DNA of 64,000 bases, taken from IMG/VR virus record IMGVR_UViG_3300048926_000232. One strand, written 5' to 3'. The stretch is from an uncultured virus (IMG/VR IMGVR_UViG_3300048926_000232). Taxonomy: Duplodnaviria; Heunggongvirae; Uroviricota; Caudoviricetes. Made by a program: the position numbers and the translations under genes. Of the stretch, positions 9,517 to 17,326 are shown one piece after another. How positions within the stretch are numbered: the first letter of the stretch is position 1; each line of letters begins with the position of its first letter. The notes below the pieces were generated by a model. It had not been told where the DNA came from, made no database searches, and was given only the letters and a program-made list of their open reading frames with translations.

Positions 9517-9813
9517 TTACAGCGGGGGCGTGTTTTCGATTGCGGTTATGATTTCCGCGAAATCGTCGCTTGCCGCCAAATCCTCGGCCGGCCCGCCCTC
9601 TATCCGTATCAGGACAAAGCGCTTCAGTTCCGGCACGTCCCGATCCTCGGGCTTGGCGTAGTCCGTGAACACGTAAAGCCCGGTTTCGCCAACCTTGAAA
9701 CAGGGGCAGGGCTCATTGTGCCAAGAACAGTCCTCCCACTCCGCCGGGATTGCCGGCAGAGTGGTTTGGTCGAAGTCGGGAAATTCCCGTTCCATGAGGG
9801 GGAAAACTGCCAT
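9517..9813 (-). CDS. Hypothetical protein
   Basis: FPDFD...WEDCSWHNEPCP; abuts the upstream - strand gene. Confidence 0.75.
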   Translation of the reverse strand: MAVFPLMEREFPDFDQTTLPAIPAEWEDCSWHNEPCPCFKVGETGLYVFTDYAKPEDRDVPELKRFVLIRIEGGPAEDLAASDDFAEIITAIENTPPL

Positions 9814-10563
9814 TCAGTTCGCGGCCTCTTCGGTTGTCGGCGCTTCTGTTTCCGGGGCCGGGGTTTCCGGCGCTTCGGCCGAACCCTTCCAGCCGCCTTC
9901 AATCTTCACGACGCTAGCAAGCTTCGTTTGCGCAAGCAAAAGCGGAATCGACATGGAACGCCACTTGAGAACCGCAAACAGCGCTTCTTTCTGAACGCCT
10001 TCCGGCCGAACAAGCAGTTCGCGGGCGGCGTCCCACTTAGACGGGCCTTTTGCCTTCTTTTCGACGGCAGGCTTGGGCGCCTTCGGCTCCTTCGCCGGCT
10101 TCGGTTCTTTCGCCGCTTTCGGTTCCTTCTTCGCCGCCGCCTTTTCACCGGTAGCCTTGGCTTTCGCGACGGCCGGCTTTTTCGCCGCCTTCGCCGCGCC
10201 CTTTTCCGGCGCGCCGAACAGGGCGTTCATTGCGCCCTCAAGTTTCGGCAGTTCTGCTTTCTTGCCCGCCGCCTTGGCTTTCGGTTCCTTGTAAGGCTTG
10301 CCCGAAAGAATGGTGCGGTTGCCGGCGGCGTCGAACGCATAAACGATAACGTCGCGCTTCGCGGTCGGGTGCATTTCTTTGAGCATGTCGGCGGCTTCCT
10401 TGACGCCCTCAAGCGTGGTTGCGTCCAGCGTTTCATAGTGCGCCGCGCCGAGGAAAAGCGAGGCGGTAAAGCTTACCGCGTTGCGCAGAACGTCCGCGTT
10501 CCATTCGTCAACGGTTTCGAGGGAGGGGGTGGCTACGGGTTCAATCGGGGCCTTGAATATCAT
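9814..10563 (-). CDS. Lys/Ala-rich protein with DUF3489-like C-terminal domain
   Basis: AAKAAKKPAVAKAK and KEPK repeats, then SKWDAARELLVRPEG...LKW; GAAAGGAA RBS. Confidence 0.7.
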   Translation of the reverse strand: MIFKAPIEPVATPSLETVDEWNADVLRNAVSFTASLFLGAAHYETLDATTLEGVKEAADMLKEMHPTAKRDVIVYAFDAAGNRTILSGKPYKEPKAKAAGKKAELPKLEGAMNALFGAPEKGAAKAAKKPAVAKAKATGEKAAAKKEPKAAKEPKPAKEPKAPKPAVEKKAKGPSKWDAARELLVRPEGVQKEALFAVLKWRSMSIPLLLAQTKLASVVKIEGGWKGSAEAPETPAPETEAPTTEEAAN

Positions 10564-10616
10564 GTGGGAAAGTTCCTTTCACATGTCGGGTTGCGTACAA
10601 CTTCCGAGATAGTGAG

Positions 10617-12275
10617 ATGACCATTTTCTCGCAAGACTTAAGCGCCACTAAAATTAGAAAAAAAGTTGGTCGCCCGCCGGGTCGCACAATTCCCCCTGAA
10701 ATTCGGCAACTTTTCGAGGTTTTGCAGGTTCCAAAGGAGGATTGGTATCTCCCTTCCGGTCGAATCATAGCCTTTGCACACTCGCTGAAAGTTCCAGCGG
10801 GGATATATGTCAACAAACCGCTTCGGCTTCGCCAGTTTCAGCTAGACTTCATCCGGGACGTGTATAACCCGCGCCGACCGGACGGGCGGCGGAAACGGCG
10901 GCAGGCGATAATGTCGGTCGGACGCCGCGCCGGCAAAACGCTGCTGGCGGCAATCATTATCCTTGTTCATTTGGTTGGCCCATGTAAGCGGCCAAACTCT
11001 ACAATCGTGTCTGCAGCAACCACGCGAAAGCAGGCCTCAATCATCCACAAAATGGTTGGCAACATGGTTCGCGTGAACGAACGGCTTTCCCGTCACCTGA
11101 ACGTGGTCAATTCGACAAAAGTCATTACCCACTTGTCGGACGGTTCGACGTACACGGCGCTTTCTGCCGACGCCGGGGGCGCGTTCGGCGAGGGCCTTGA
11201 CTTGGTTGTCTATGACGAATTGAGCCAGGCCAAGAACAACGCGCTTTATGACGCGCTCATGACTTCGCTAGGTTCGCAAGCCGAACCGCTCATGATGATT
11301 ATCAGCACGCAAGCCCCGTCTGATGACCACTTGCTTTCCGAGCTTATCGATTACGGCTTGAAAATCCGGGCGGGGGAGTTCGAGGACGATAGCTTTACCG
11401 TACACCTGTATGCCGCAAGGCCGGATTGCGACCTCATGGACGAAACGCAATGGCACGCGGCAAACCCGACGCTTGGCGATTACCGCGACATTGACGAATT
11501 CCGGCAAGTCATAGAACGGGCGCTGCGCATTCCGTCGCTTGAGGCCGTCGCCCGCAACCTTTACCTAAATCAGCGCGTGGCCGCCAAGGCGCCGTTCCTC
11601 ACGGCGCACATATGGAAAGCCGGCGACGTTCCGATTAACGAACGTCTCTTTTTCGACGGCCGGCCGGTATTCGCCGGGCTGGACTTGTCGGCGCGCACCG
11701 ACCTTTCGGCGCTATGTCTGGCGGCCGAAGACGACGCCGGCCTTATCCACCTATGGCCCCGGATTTGGACGCCCGACGATACGCTAGACGCGCGGGCGCT
11801 GAGAGATCGCGCGCCGTACCGGGTATGGGCCGACCGAGATTTGATTATTCCTGTTCCAGGGCAGGCGATTGATTACGATTTCATAGCCGCCGAGCTAGGG
11901 CAGATTTCAAACACAATGCCGCTTGTGAAAATCGCCTACGACCGTTGGCGCATTGACGTGTTGCGCCAATCGTTGGCGCGCATGGGCGTATTGGTAAACC
12001 TCATGGACTTCGGGCAGGGGTTCAAGGATATGGCGCCGGCAATCGATACGTTCGAGGAAATGGCGCTGGCCGGGCGCTTGGTTCACGGCGGCCACCCCGT
12101 CTTGCGTTGGGCGGTATCGAACGCCGTTGTTGTGTTCGACGCCGCCAATAACAGGAAGCTGGACAAGTCGAAGGCAAACGGGCGCATTGACCCGGCGATT
12201 GCCGCCGTACAGGCCGTGGCCGCTATGAAGCTGCAGAAGGAGAACATGGTGGATTTGGGGGCGCTGATCGGTTGA
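10617..12275 (+). CDS. terL: Terminase large subunit
   Basis: Walker A VGRRAGKT, Walker B VVYDEL, IISTQ, nuclease GLDLS...D, RIDPAIA. Confidence 0.97.
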   Translation: MTIFSQDLSATKIRKKVGRPPGRTIPPEIRQLFEVLQVPKEDWYLPSGRIIAFAHSLKVPAGIYVNKPLRLRQFQLDFIRDVYNPRRPDGRRKRRQAIMSVGRRAGKTLLAAIIILVHLVGPCKRPNSTIVSAATTRKQASIIHKMVGNMVRVNERLSRHLNVVNSTKVITHLSDGSTYTALSADAGGAFGEGLDLVVYDELSQAKNNALYDALMTSLGSQAEPLMMIISTQAPSDDHLLSELIDYGLKIRAGEFEDDSFTVHLYAARPDCDLMDETQWHAANPTLGDYRDIDEFRQVIERALRIPSLEAVARNLYLNQRVAAKAPFLTAHIWKAGDVPINERLFFDGRPVFAGLDLSARTDLSALCLAAEDDAGLIHLWPRIWTPDDTLDARALRDRAPYRVWADRDLIIPVPGQAIDYDFIAAELGQISNTMPLVKIAYDRWRIDVLRQSLARMGVLVNLMDFGQGFKDMAPAIDTFEEMALAGRLVHGGHPVLRWAVSNAVVVFDAANNRKLDKSKANGRIDPAIAAVQAVAAMKLQKENMVDLGALIG

Positions 12276-12552
12276 ACGCCCGGTAGGCGTCTAGCGTTTC
12301 CTGCAGCTTGTCCGCCAAAAACTCGGATTTTCGCATCTGCTCTTCGATAAACCAGAAGAGCAGCAACGCAGACACCGCTACCGCAACGGCCAAGAGCCGC
12401 CAAGGGGTTCCGGTTTCCAGCCATGCCGCATTGACGGATTCCACGCCGGCCAAGGCAAGGGCGAAATAGGACTTGCGGCGGAACTGCTTGGCGAACTGCC
12501 GTAATGCTTCGATTGTCCCCGTAATCTCGGCTTCGTTCAGTTCTTCGGCCAT
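12223..12552 (-). CDS. Membrane protein (two hydrophobic segments)
   Basis: GAGGGAGGG RBS; hydrophobic helices; 3' end overlaps terL antisense. Confidence 0.55.
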   Translation of the reverse strand: MAEELNEAEITGTIEALRQFAKQFRRKSYFALALAGVESVNAAWLETGTPWRLLAVAVAVSALLLFWFIEEQMRKSEFLADKLQETLDAYRAFNRSAPPNPPCSPSAAS

Positions 12553-12667
12553 GGCCGTTCCTCCCTCCCTCATCATAACGAACGCCGCCGGCAATGCCCC
12601 TCCCAAGGCATGTATCCGGCGGCGCGAGACGGCCACACATGAAAGGTGTTGCTTCCTCCCCTTCCGC

Positions 12668-13267
12668 TTATGTGGCGTCTTGTTCGGCGAGTTCCTTGGT
12701 CGTTTCCGTTAGCCGTTCCGAACCCTTGGGCGTGATTTGGTAAAGCTTGCCCGGCAAGCGCTCAAGGAAGCCATTGACGCGCAAGTCATAGAGCCGCTGG
12801 TACATGCGTTGACGATCCTCCCCCGGCCCATAGCCAAGGAGCGGCCCGAGAGCCGGGGAGTCTAGCGGGCCTTGTAGAAGGGCCTGCAAAATGCGGTTCC
12901 CGAGAAGGGTATTTTCCGCCTTAGTGTCCGGATTGCGGTTCGCCGCTACTTGCCCGGACTTGGCGGCGTTTGATTTGGCTTTCACTGAGCCATTTCCACC
13001 GCCGGGGGAGGTTTTCGGGCCGGCGCCGGATTTTGGGCGGGCGGCGCCTTTTGTCGCCGCCGCCGGCTCATGGGATACAACCGGAGGGGCGCCCAAGCGC
13101 CGAATTGTGATTCCTTGTCCCCGGTTTTGTTTCTCAATTACCGCATTTTTTACGCGGTTTGGGTTGGCGGTAAGTTCTAGCAGGACTGAACGTGCCGTGT
13201 TCAGTCTGTCAATCTCTTTTAAGTGCTGCTCGATTACCGCATCGATCTGGCCGATAGCGTCAATCAT
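12668..13267 (-). CDS. Coiled-coil plus C-terminal winged-helix-like protein
   Basis: RILQALLQGPL...MYQRLYDLRVNGFLER...YQITPKG. Confidence 0.65.
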   Translation of the reverse strand: MIDAIGQIDAVIEQHLKEIDRLNTARSVLLELTANPNRVKNAVIEKQNRGQGITIRRLGAPPVVSHEPAAATKGAARPKSGAGPKTSPGGGNGSVKAKSNAAKSGQVAANRNPDTKAENTLLGNRILQALLQGPLDSPALGPLLGYGPGEDRQRMYQRLYDLRVNGFLERLPGKLYQITPKGSERLTETTKELAEQDAT

Positions 13268-13539
13268 GGGCGGACAACCATAGCGAAGCCAAGAACACGA
13301 AGGATTTCAAGTACCGTGGCAAGGCGTGGGTAATGCGTGGTTCCGTTCGCCAAGTTCGAAACCGTGGACGTGCAACACCCGGCGCCGTCCGCAATTTTTG
13401 TGTATTTCTTCCGAGAACGCCGGATTTCTGAGGCCACGAAGGCGCAAAGCTCGCTTGCGTCTTTGAATGTGTATTCCGATTGATCCTCCAACCACGTCTG
13501 CCGGATCGGCGCGGCGTGGTTCGTTGCCGTTGAAAGCAT
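13264..13539 (-). CDS. XRE-family HTH regulator
   Basis: TKIADGAGCCTSTVSNLANGTTHYPRLATVLEILRVLG. Confidence 0.85.
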   Translation of the reverse strand: MLSTATNHAAPIRQTWLEDQSEYTFKDASELCAFVASEIRRSRKKYTKIADGAGCCTSTVSNLANGTTHYPRLATVLEILRVLGFAMVVRP

Positions 13540-13721
13540 TCCGCAATCTCCCTGCTCGATTTTCAACGCAGGGATAGTGCCGCGTACTCGCGCATAATGC
13601 AAGCCGCGCTAAAGTTTTCCATAGTACAAAATTTTAGGGGCGCTTGAATTAGGCGGACCGAATTGATACATCATACTCGTAATGGGGGTAAATGTGCCCG
13701 CCAGTTCTGAGGGAAATCGCA

Positions 13722-14201
13722 ATGAAAACCGTGATTGCAGCCGCCGCCCTGGCAGTTGTCTTCGCCATGCCTGCTTTTGCAGACAATGCCGCAAGCACTG
13801 CAGCGCCGCCGAAAGCCGTCAACTATGACGAAGTAGCCGCCGCCAACCCGTATTCGGAAGCCTGTAAGGCCGGATATATCGCGGAAATGAGGAAGGACGC
13901 GTTGCCCCTCCTCGGAAACAGCGAAACCGACTTTGCCCGCTGGATGGATAACAAAATCAGCTTCGGGGAAATGTGGGTGCGGAAAATCGACTTTGCCGCC
14001 CTCATGGGCGCGAAAATGGGCGTCATGACGCATGCCCATGACGGCGCCGTGCCCGGCTGCGACAACCCGACAGACAAGCAAGCGCTTTTGAAGCGCATCG
14101 ACGCGTTCGGCGCCGTGCTTCCCGGCTTGCTCGGGAATTGGTTTGCCGCCGGGGTTTTCTCGGGAACAAACCCGGTCCCGTCCGCCCCGGCGGATAAGTA
14201 A
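13722..14201 (+). CDS. Secreted protein (signal peptide)
   Basis: MKTVIAAAALAVVFAMPAFA; two Cys. Confidence 0.8.
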   Translation: MKTVIAAAALAVVFAMPAFADNAASTAAPPKAVNYDEVAAANPYSEACKAGYIAEMRKDALPLLGNSETDFARWMDNKISFGEMWVRKIDFAALMGAKMGVMTHAHDGAVPGCDNPTDKQALLKRIDAFGAVLPGLLGNWFAAGVFSGTNPVPSAPADK

Positions 14202-14211
14202 GGGGGCTATC

Positions 14212-14613
14212 ATGCAACTCACATTCAAGCCCTACGGCCTCATGAAATTAGCCGCCGAGGCCGTCGAATGCTGGAAAGCCGGAACCCTGCCTGTTTACGG
14301 GCAAACCGAATACCCGGCGCCGTGCTTTTGGCTTGTCGGCGACGAAGGCGTTTACATCATGCACAACGGCGTCACGCCCGAGCGCGATCAGGGCGTCAAG
14401 CACACCGTTGTTTACGCCGAGGAGTGCAACCCGGAAACCGACCCCGAAGGTTGGTATGACAACAAAGTCGCGTCTTTTGGCGGCGACGATGGAGTCGAAA
14501 TCATCGACGCCAAACTTGTCATGGAATGCGCGCTGCAGGGCTTGGAACTTCAAGTGCGGTTCGAACCCAACGGCGGGCCTATTCACTACCGGGCGGTAAA
14601 GGCGGACCCATGA
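14212..14613 (+). CDS. DUF3085-like protein
   Basis: FWLVGDEGVYIM...YAEECNP...FGGDDGVE. Confidence 0.75.
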   Translation: MQLTFKPYGLMKLAAEAVECWKAGTLPVYGQTEYPAPCFWLVGDEGVYIMHNGVTPERDQGVKHTVVYAEECNPETDPEGWYDNKVASFGGDDGVEIIDAKLVMECALQGLELQVRFEPNGGPIHYRAVKADP

Positions 14614-14864
14614 AGATACGCGCCGCCATACTTATCGCCGCCGCGCTTGTCGCCGCCGCGCCCGCCGTCGCCGGGGAACGCTACCGCTACCGCCCGACAC
14701 CGGACGGCTACACCTATCAGAATGATAGGGGCAGGAAGGTATTCAACCACTATAGCCCGCGCCTCGGGGGATACCCCGCGCCGCGTTGCTACACGTCCGG
14801 AAAGCGGACGGATTGCTATTATCGGAACCCGGCCACAATGGGCCGCGACAGGTTCCGGAAATGA
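14610..14864 (+). CDS. Small secreted Arg/Tyr-rich protein
   Basis: MKIRAAILIAAALVAAAPAVA signal; ATGA overlaps on both ends. Confidence 0.7.
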   Translation: MKIRAAILIAAALVAAAPAVAGERYRYRPTPDGYTYQNDRGRKVFNHYSPRLGGYPAPRCYTSGKRTDCYYRNPATMGRDRFRK

Positions 14865-15097
14865 CAGCGGCAATCAAAGTCACCTATTCCCGCGTCTATT
14901 ATGAAAGCGGGTTATGCCGGGGCCATTATTCGATTTGGGTTTCCGGCAAATTGGCGCGGATCGAGGCGACGCAACACCCTGTAATCAGGTTCCTTGTTGC
15001 GAACGGCGTTCCGCCACATGAAGCAAATCGAATGCTTGAGGCCGCGAAGGACGAAAACGAGCGGCACGAACAAGAAGCCAAAACCTCCCAACTCTAA
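14861..15097 (+). CDS. Hypothetical protein
   Basis: ATGA-coupled ORF. Confidence 0.55.
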   Translation: MTAAIKVTYSRVYYESGLCRGHYSIWVSGKLARIEATQHPVIRFLVANGVPPHEANRMLEAAKDENERHEQEAKTSQL

Positions 15098-15110
15098 GAA
15101 CGGAAATGAA

Positions 15111-15455
15111 ATGACTGTCAAAATCCTGAGAGCCGCCTTTGCGGCATCCCTTGTTCTTGCGCCCGTCGCCGCCAAGGCAGACTACTACTACGACGGGGGC
15201 CGCGTGAACCGCGAATGCAACGATAAAAGCGACTCGTTTCGATACGCGGCTTGCCGGGGGTATGTCGTGGGCGTCGTGGACGCTTTCATGCAAACCGAAA
15301 ACTACGGTTGCCGGATAACGGCTCCGAAGGTGCAGATAATCGACGTAATCGATATCACATTGAACTACATGAAAGCCCACCCGGAACGGCGCGGGGAGCC
15401 GGCGGCGCCGCTGATTTACAAAGCAATGTATGACGCCTTTTGCCCTGCAAAGTGA
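15111..15455 (+). CDS. Rap1a/Tai-family T6SS immunity-like periplasmic protein
   Basis: Signal peptide; C..CRGYVVGVVD...C...NYMKAHPERRGEPAAPLIYKAMYDAFCP. Confidence 0.75.
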   Translation: MTVKILRAAFAASLVLAPVAAKADYYYDGGRVNRECNDKSDSFRYAACRGYVVGVVDAFMQTENYGCRITAPKVQIIDVIDITLNYMKAHPERRGEPAAPLIYKAMYDAFCPAK

Positions 15456-15465
15456 GGACTGAAAA

Positions 15466-15936
15466 ATGACTGTCAAAATACTGAAAGCCGCGCTTGCGGC
15501 ATCCCTTGCGCTTGCGGCCCTTGCCACCGTCGCCCATGCGGGCAATCCGGCCATAGATGCGGCATCGCAAGCATGCCAAGACGAGTACAATGTTCTTTTC
15601 GACAAGAAGATTGTGCCCGTTCTTGGAAACGATCTATTCGGCGAAGTTGCCCGCGTTCGTTTCAGCAATGGCGCTACAGGCAAGGAGGCAGACCAAGCCG
15701 TTGCCAAACTCATAACTAGCTGGATCGGTAACGGCACAATCGACGGGGTCGCAATGATAGAGGCCGGGACGAGCGCCATGGTGGAAAGTCTCGGCCAGCC
15801 GGGGTGTCAAAATGAGGCCGATAGGCTTGTGCTTATGCGCGCCTATACCGAGACACAAGACTACCTCAAGCTATACGGGCCGGCTCTCAAGACGCTTTAC
15901 AAGGGCGGCAGCGCGCCCGCCGTTGCCAAGCCATAG
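15466..15936 (+). CDS. Secreted protein, distant paralogue of 13722..14201
   Basis: Signal peptide; shares S.AC...Y.......P.LGN and PGC.N..D...L. Confidence 0.75.
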   Translation: MTVKILKAALAASLALAALATVAHAGNPAIDAASQACQDEYNVLFDKKIVPVLGNDLFGEVARVRFSNGATGKEADQAVAKLITSWIGNGTIDGVAMIEAGTSAMVESLGQPGCQNEADRLVLMRAYTETQDYLKLYGPALKTLYKGGSAPAVAKP

Positions 15937-15953
15937 GAGCCGGAAAACCAACC

Positions 15954-16193
15954 ATGAGCAAAACAACACCCGAGCAACGCGCCGAAGCTGAAAAGCAGAT
16001 TGACGATTTTTGGGCCAAGGTAGCCGACGCGGACCCGCGCATAATCGCGGGCTCCCTTAGCGAATTGCTGGCGCGGTTCTTGGCCCGGTATCAGATCGAA
16101 AACGACCGCAAAGAGGTCGGCGAACACATTCTCGCGGTCGCGCTTGAAATGGCGAAACTCAACAACGAGCGCCACGACTCCACACTGAATTGA
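15954..16193 (+). CDS. Hypothetical protein
   Basis: AGGAG upstream; helical ORF in the operon. Confidence 0.6.
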   Translation: MSKTTPEQRAEAEKQIDDFWAKVADADPRIIAGSLSELLARFLARYQIENDRKEVGEHILAVALEMAKLNNERHDSTLN

Positions 16194-16303
16194 CGGGCCG
16201 GTTTACGGCCCCGACCGAAATTCCCGGCTTTGCGTGAGCCCGGAATACCAGATTCAGCGCCGGCAATGGTGCGGGCCTGAATAACGCCAGAAAAAGGGAA
16301 ATC

Positions 16304-16573
16304 ATGAAGAAATTGCTTATCGCCGCCGTTGCCTTTGCCGCATTCGGTTCCGCCGCCAGCGCCGACCAGTTCGTCAATGGCTATGTGACCAAGCGCGGAA
16401 CGTATGTGGCGCCCCACTACCGTTCGAACGCCGACCAGTATCAATCGAACAATTACACCTATCGGGGCAACACGAACCCGTACACCGGCCAGCGCGGAAC
16501 GCAAGATTACCAACCGCGCCGGGGTTCGCTTTACGGCCAAGTCAACCGTTGCCCGGCAAACGCGTGGTGCTGA
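16304..16573 (+). CDS. Small secreted protein
   Basis: Signal peptide; VNGY..K.GTYVAPHYRS...NNY...GNTNPYTG..GT. Confidence 0.85.
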   Translation: MKKLLIAAVAFAAFGSAASADQFVNGYVTKRGTYVAPHYRSNADQYQSNNYTYRGNTNPYTGQRGTQDYQPRRGSLYGQVNRCPANAWC

Positions 16574-16627
16574 GATACTGACCGCCGGGGCGCAAATGCC
16601 CCGGCCAACGTGGGGAGGGAGGAACCC

Positions 16628-16753
16628 ATGCTCGAACTTTCAAAAATCATTGCCGGCGGCTTGCTCAAGGCCAGCGCCGGCATTGTTGCATTCGTAGCCT
16701 TCACGGCCTTTTTGGCGGCAGTCACCGATTACATTTTGGCGGGCCTGCCATGA
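16628..16753 (+). CDS. 41-aa hydrophobic peptide
   Basis: GGAGGGAGG RBS; ATGA overlap with next gene; below the ORF-track cutoff. Confidence 0.55.
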   Translation: MLELSKIIAGGLLKASAGIVAFVAFTAFLAAVTDYILAGLP

Positions 16754-16980
16754 CGACAGACGGCCTCGATATTTGGACGATTACCGCGCACCCGGCAGAT
16801 TACCCGAACGATTACGTAGCGCGGCGCCATGTGGTGAAATCGGGCGGCAGCATGCCGACCGGCGACCACTACACGGCGCCGACGCTTGAGACGCTGCAGC
16901 ATGTCATGCGGCGTATGGGGTTGGTTCGCATTCCCCGCCAACCCGACGACGACGCCGTGATTGTCGAAAGCTGGATATAG
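16750..16980 (+). CDS. Hypothetical protein
   Basis: IWTI..HPADYP..YVARR...DD.VIVESWI. Confidence 0.75.
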   Translation: MTTDGLDIWTITAHPADYPNDYVARRHVVKSGGSMPTGDHYTAPTLETLQHVMRRMGLVRIPRQPDDDAVIVESWI

Positions 16981-17011
16981 AGCGGGGCGGGAACGCCTGC
17001 CGACTGATTGA

Positions 17012-17049
17012 GGCCCGGAAGCGCATGCGTTTCCGGGCTGTTTTATTTT
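17012..17049 (+). terminator. Rho-independent terminator closing the island
   Basis: GGCCCGGAAGCGC-AT-GCGTTTCCGGGCT then GTTTTATTTT. Confidence 0.8.
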
Positions 17050-17076
17050 AATCGTACTAGATTTATAATCGCGCTC

Positions 17077-17298
17077 ATGCCGAACCAAACCGAACAATTT
17101 CAAGCCATGATAGCGGGCCTTGAGTCGGCAGGGTTAAGCCGCGCTGAAATCGCCCGCCGCGCCGGGCTTAGCCGCATGACGGTTTGGCGCTTGGCCGAAG
17201 GTGAGGGCCGGGAACCGCTCTATAGAACCGTTCGGGCTATTGAGGCGGTCCAGCAAAAGTTCTGCCCTGTAAATCACGTGATACAAAAAAGGGTCTAG
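17077..17298 (+). CDS. Cro/XRE-like HTH protein
   Basis: GLSRAEIARRAGLSRMTVWRLAEGEGREP. Confidence 0.8.
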   Translation: MPNQTEQFQAMIAGLESAGLSRAEIARRAGLSRMTVWRLAEGEGREPLYRTVRAIEAVQQKFCPVNHVIQKRV

Positions 17299-17326
17299 CT
17301 AGGCCGGCAACCTTGAGGTTGCCGCC

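Noticed and set aside
9433..10620. 395-aa + strand ORF
   Set aside because: Antisense shadow of the Lys/Ala-rich gene; Arg/Phe-rich, no motifs, and it crosses a terminator
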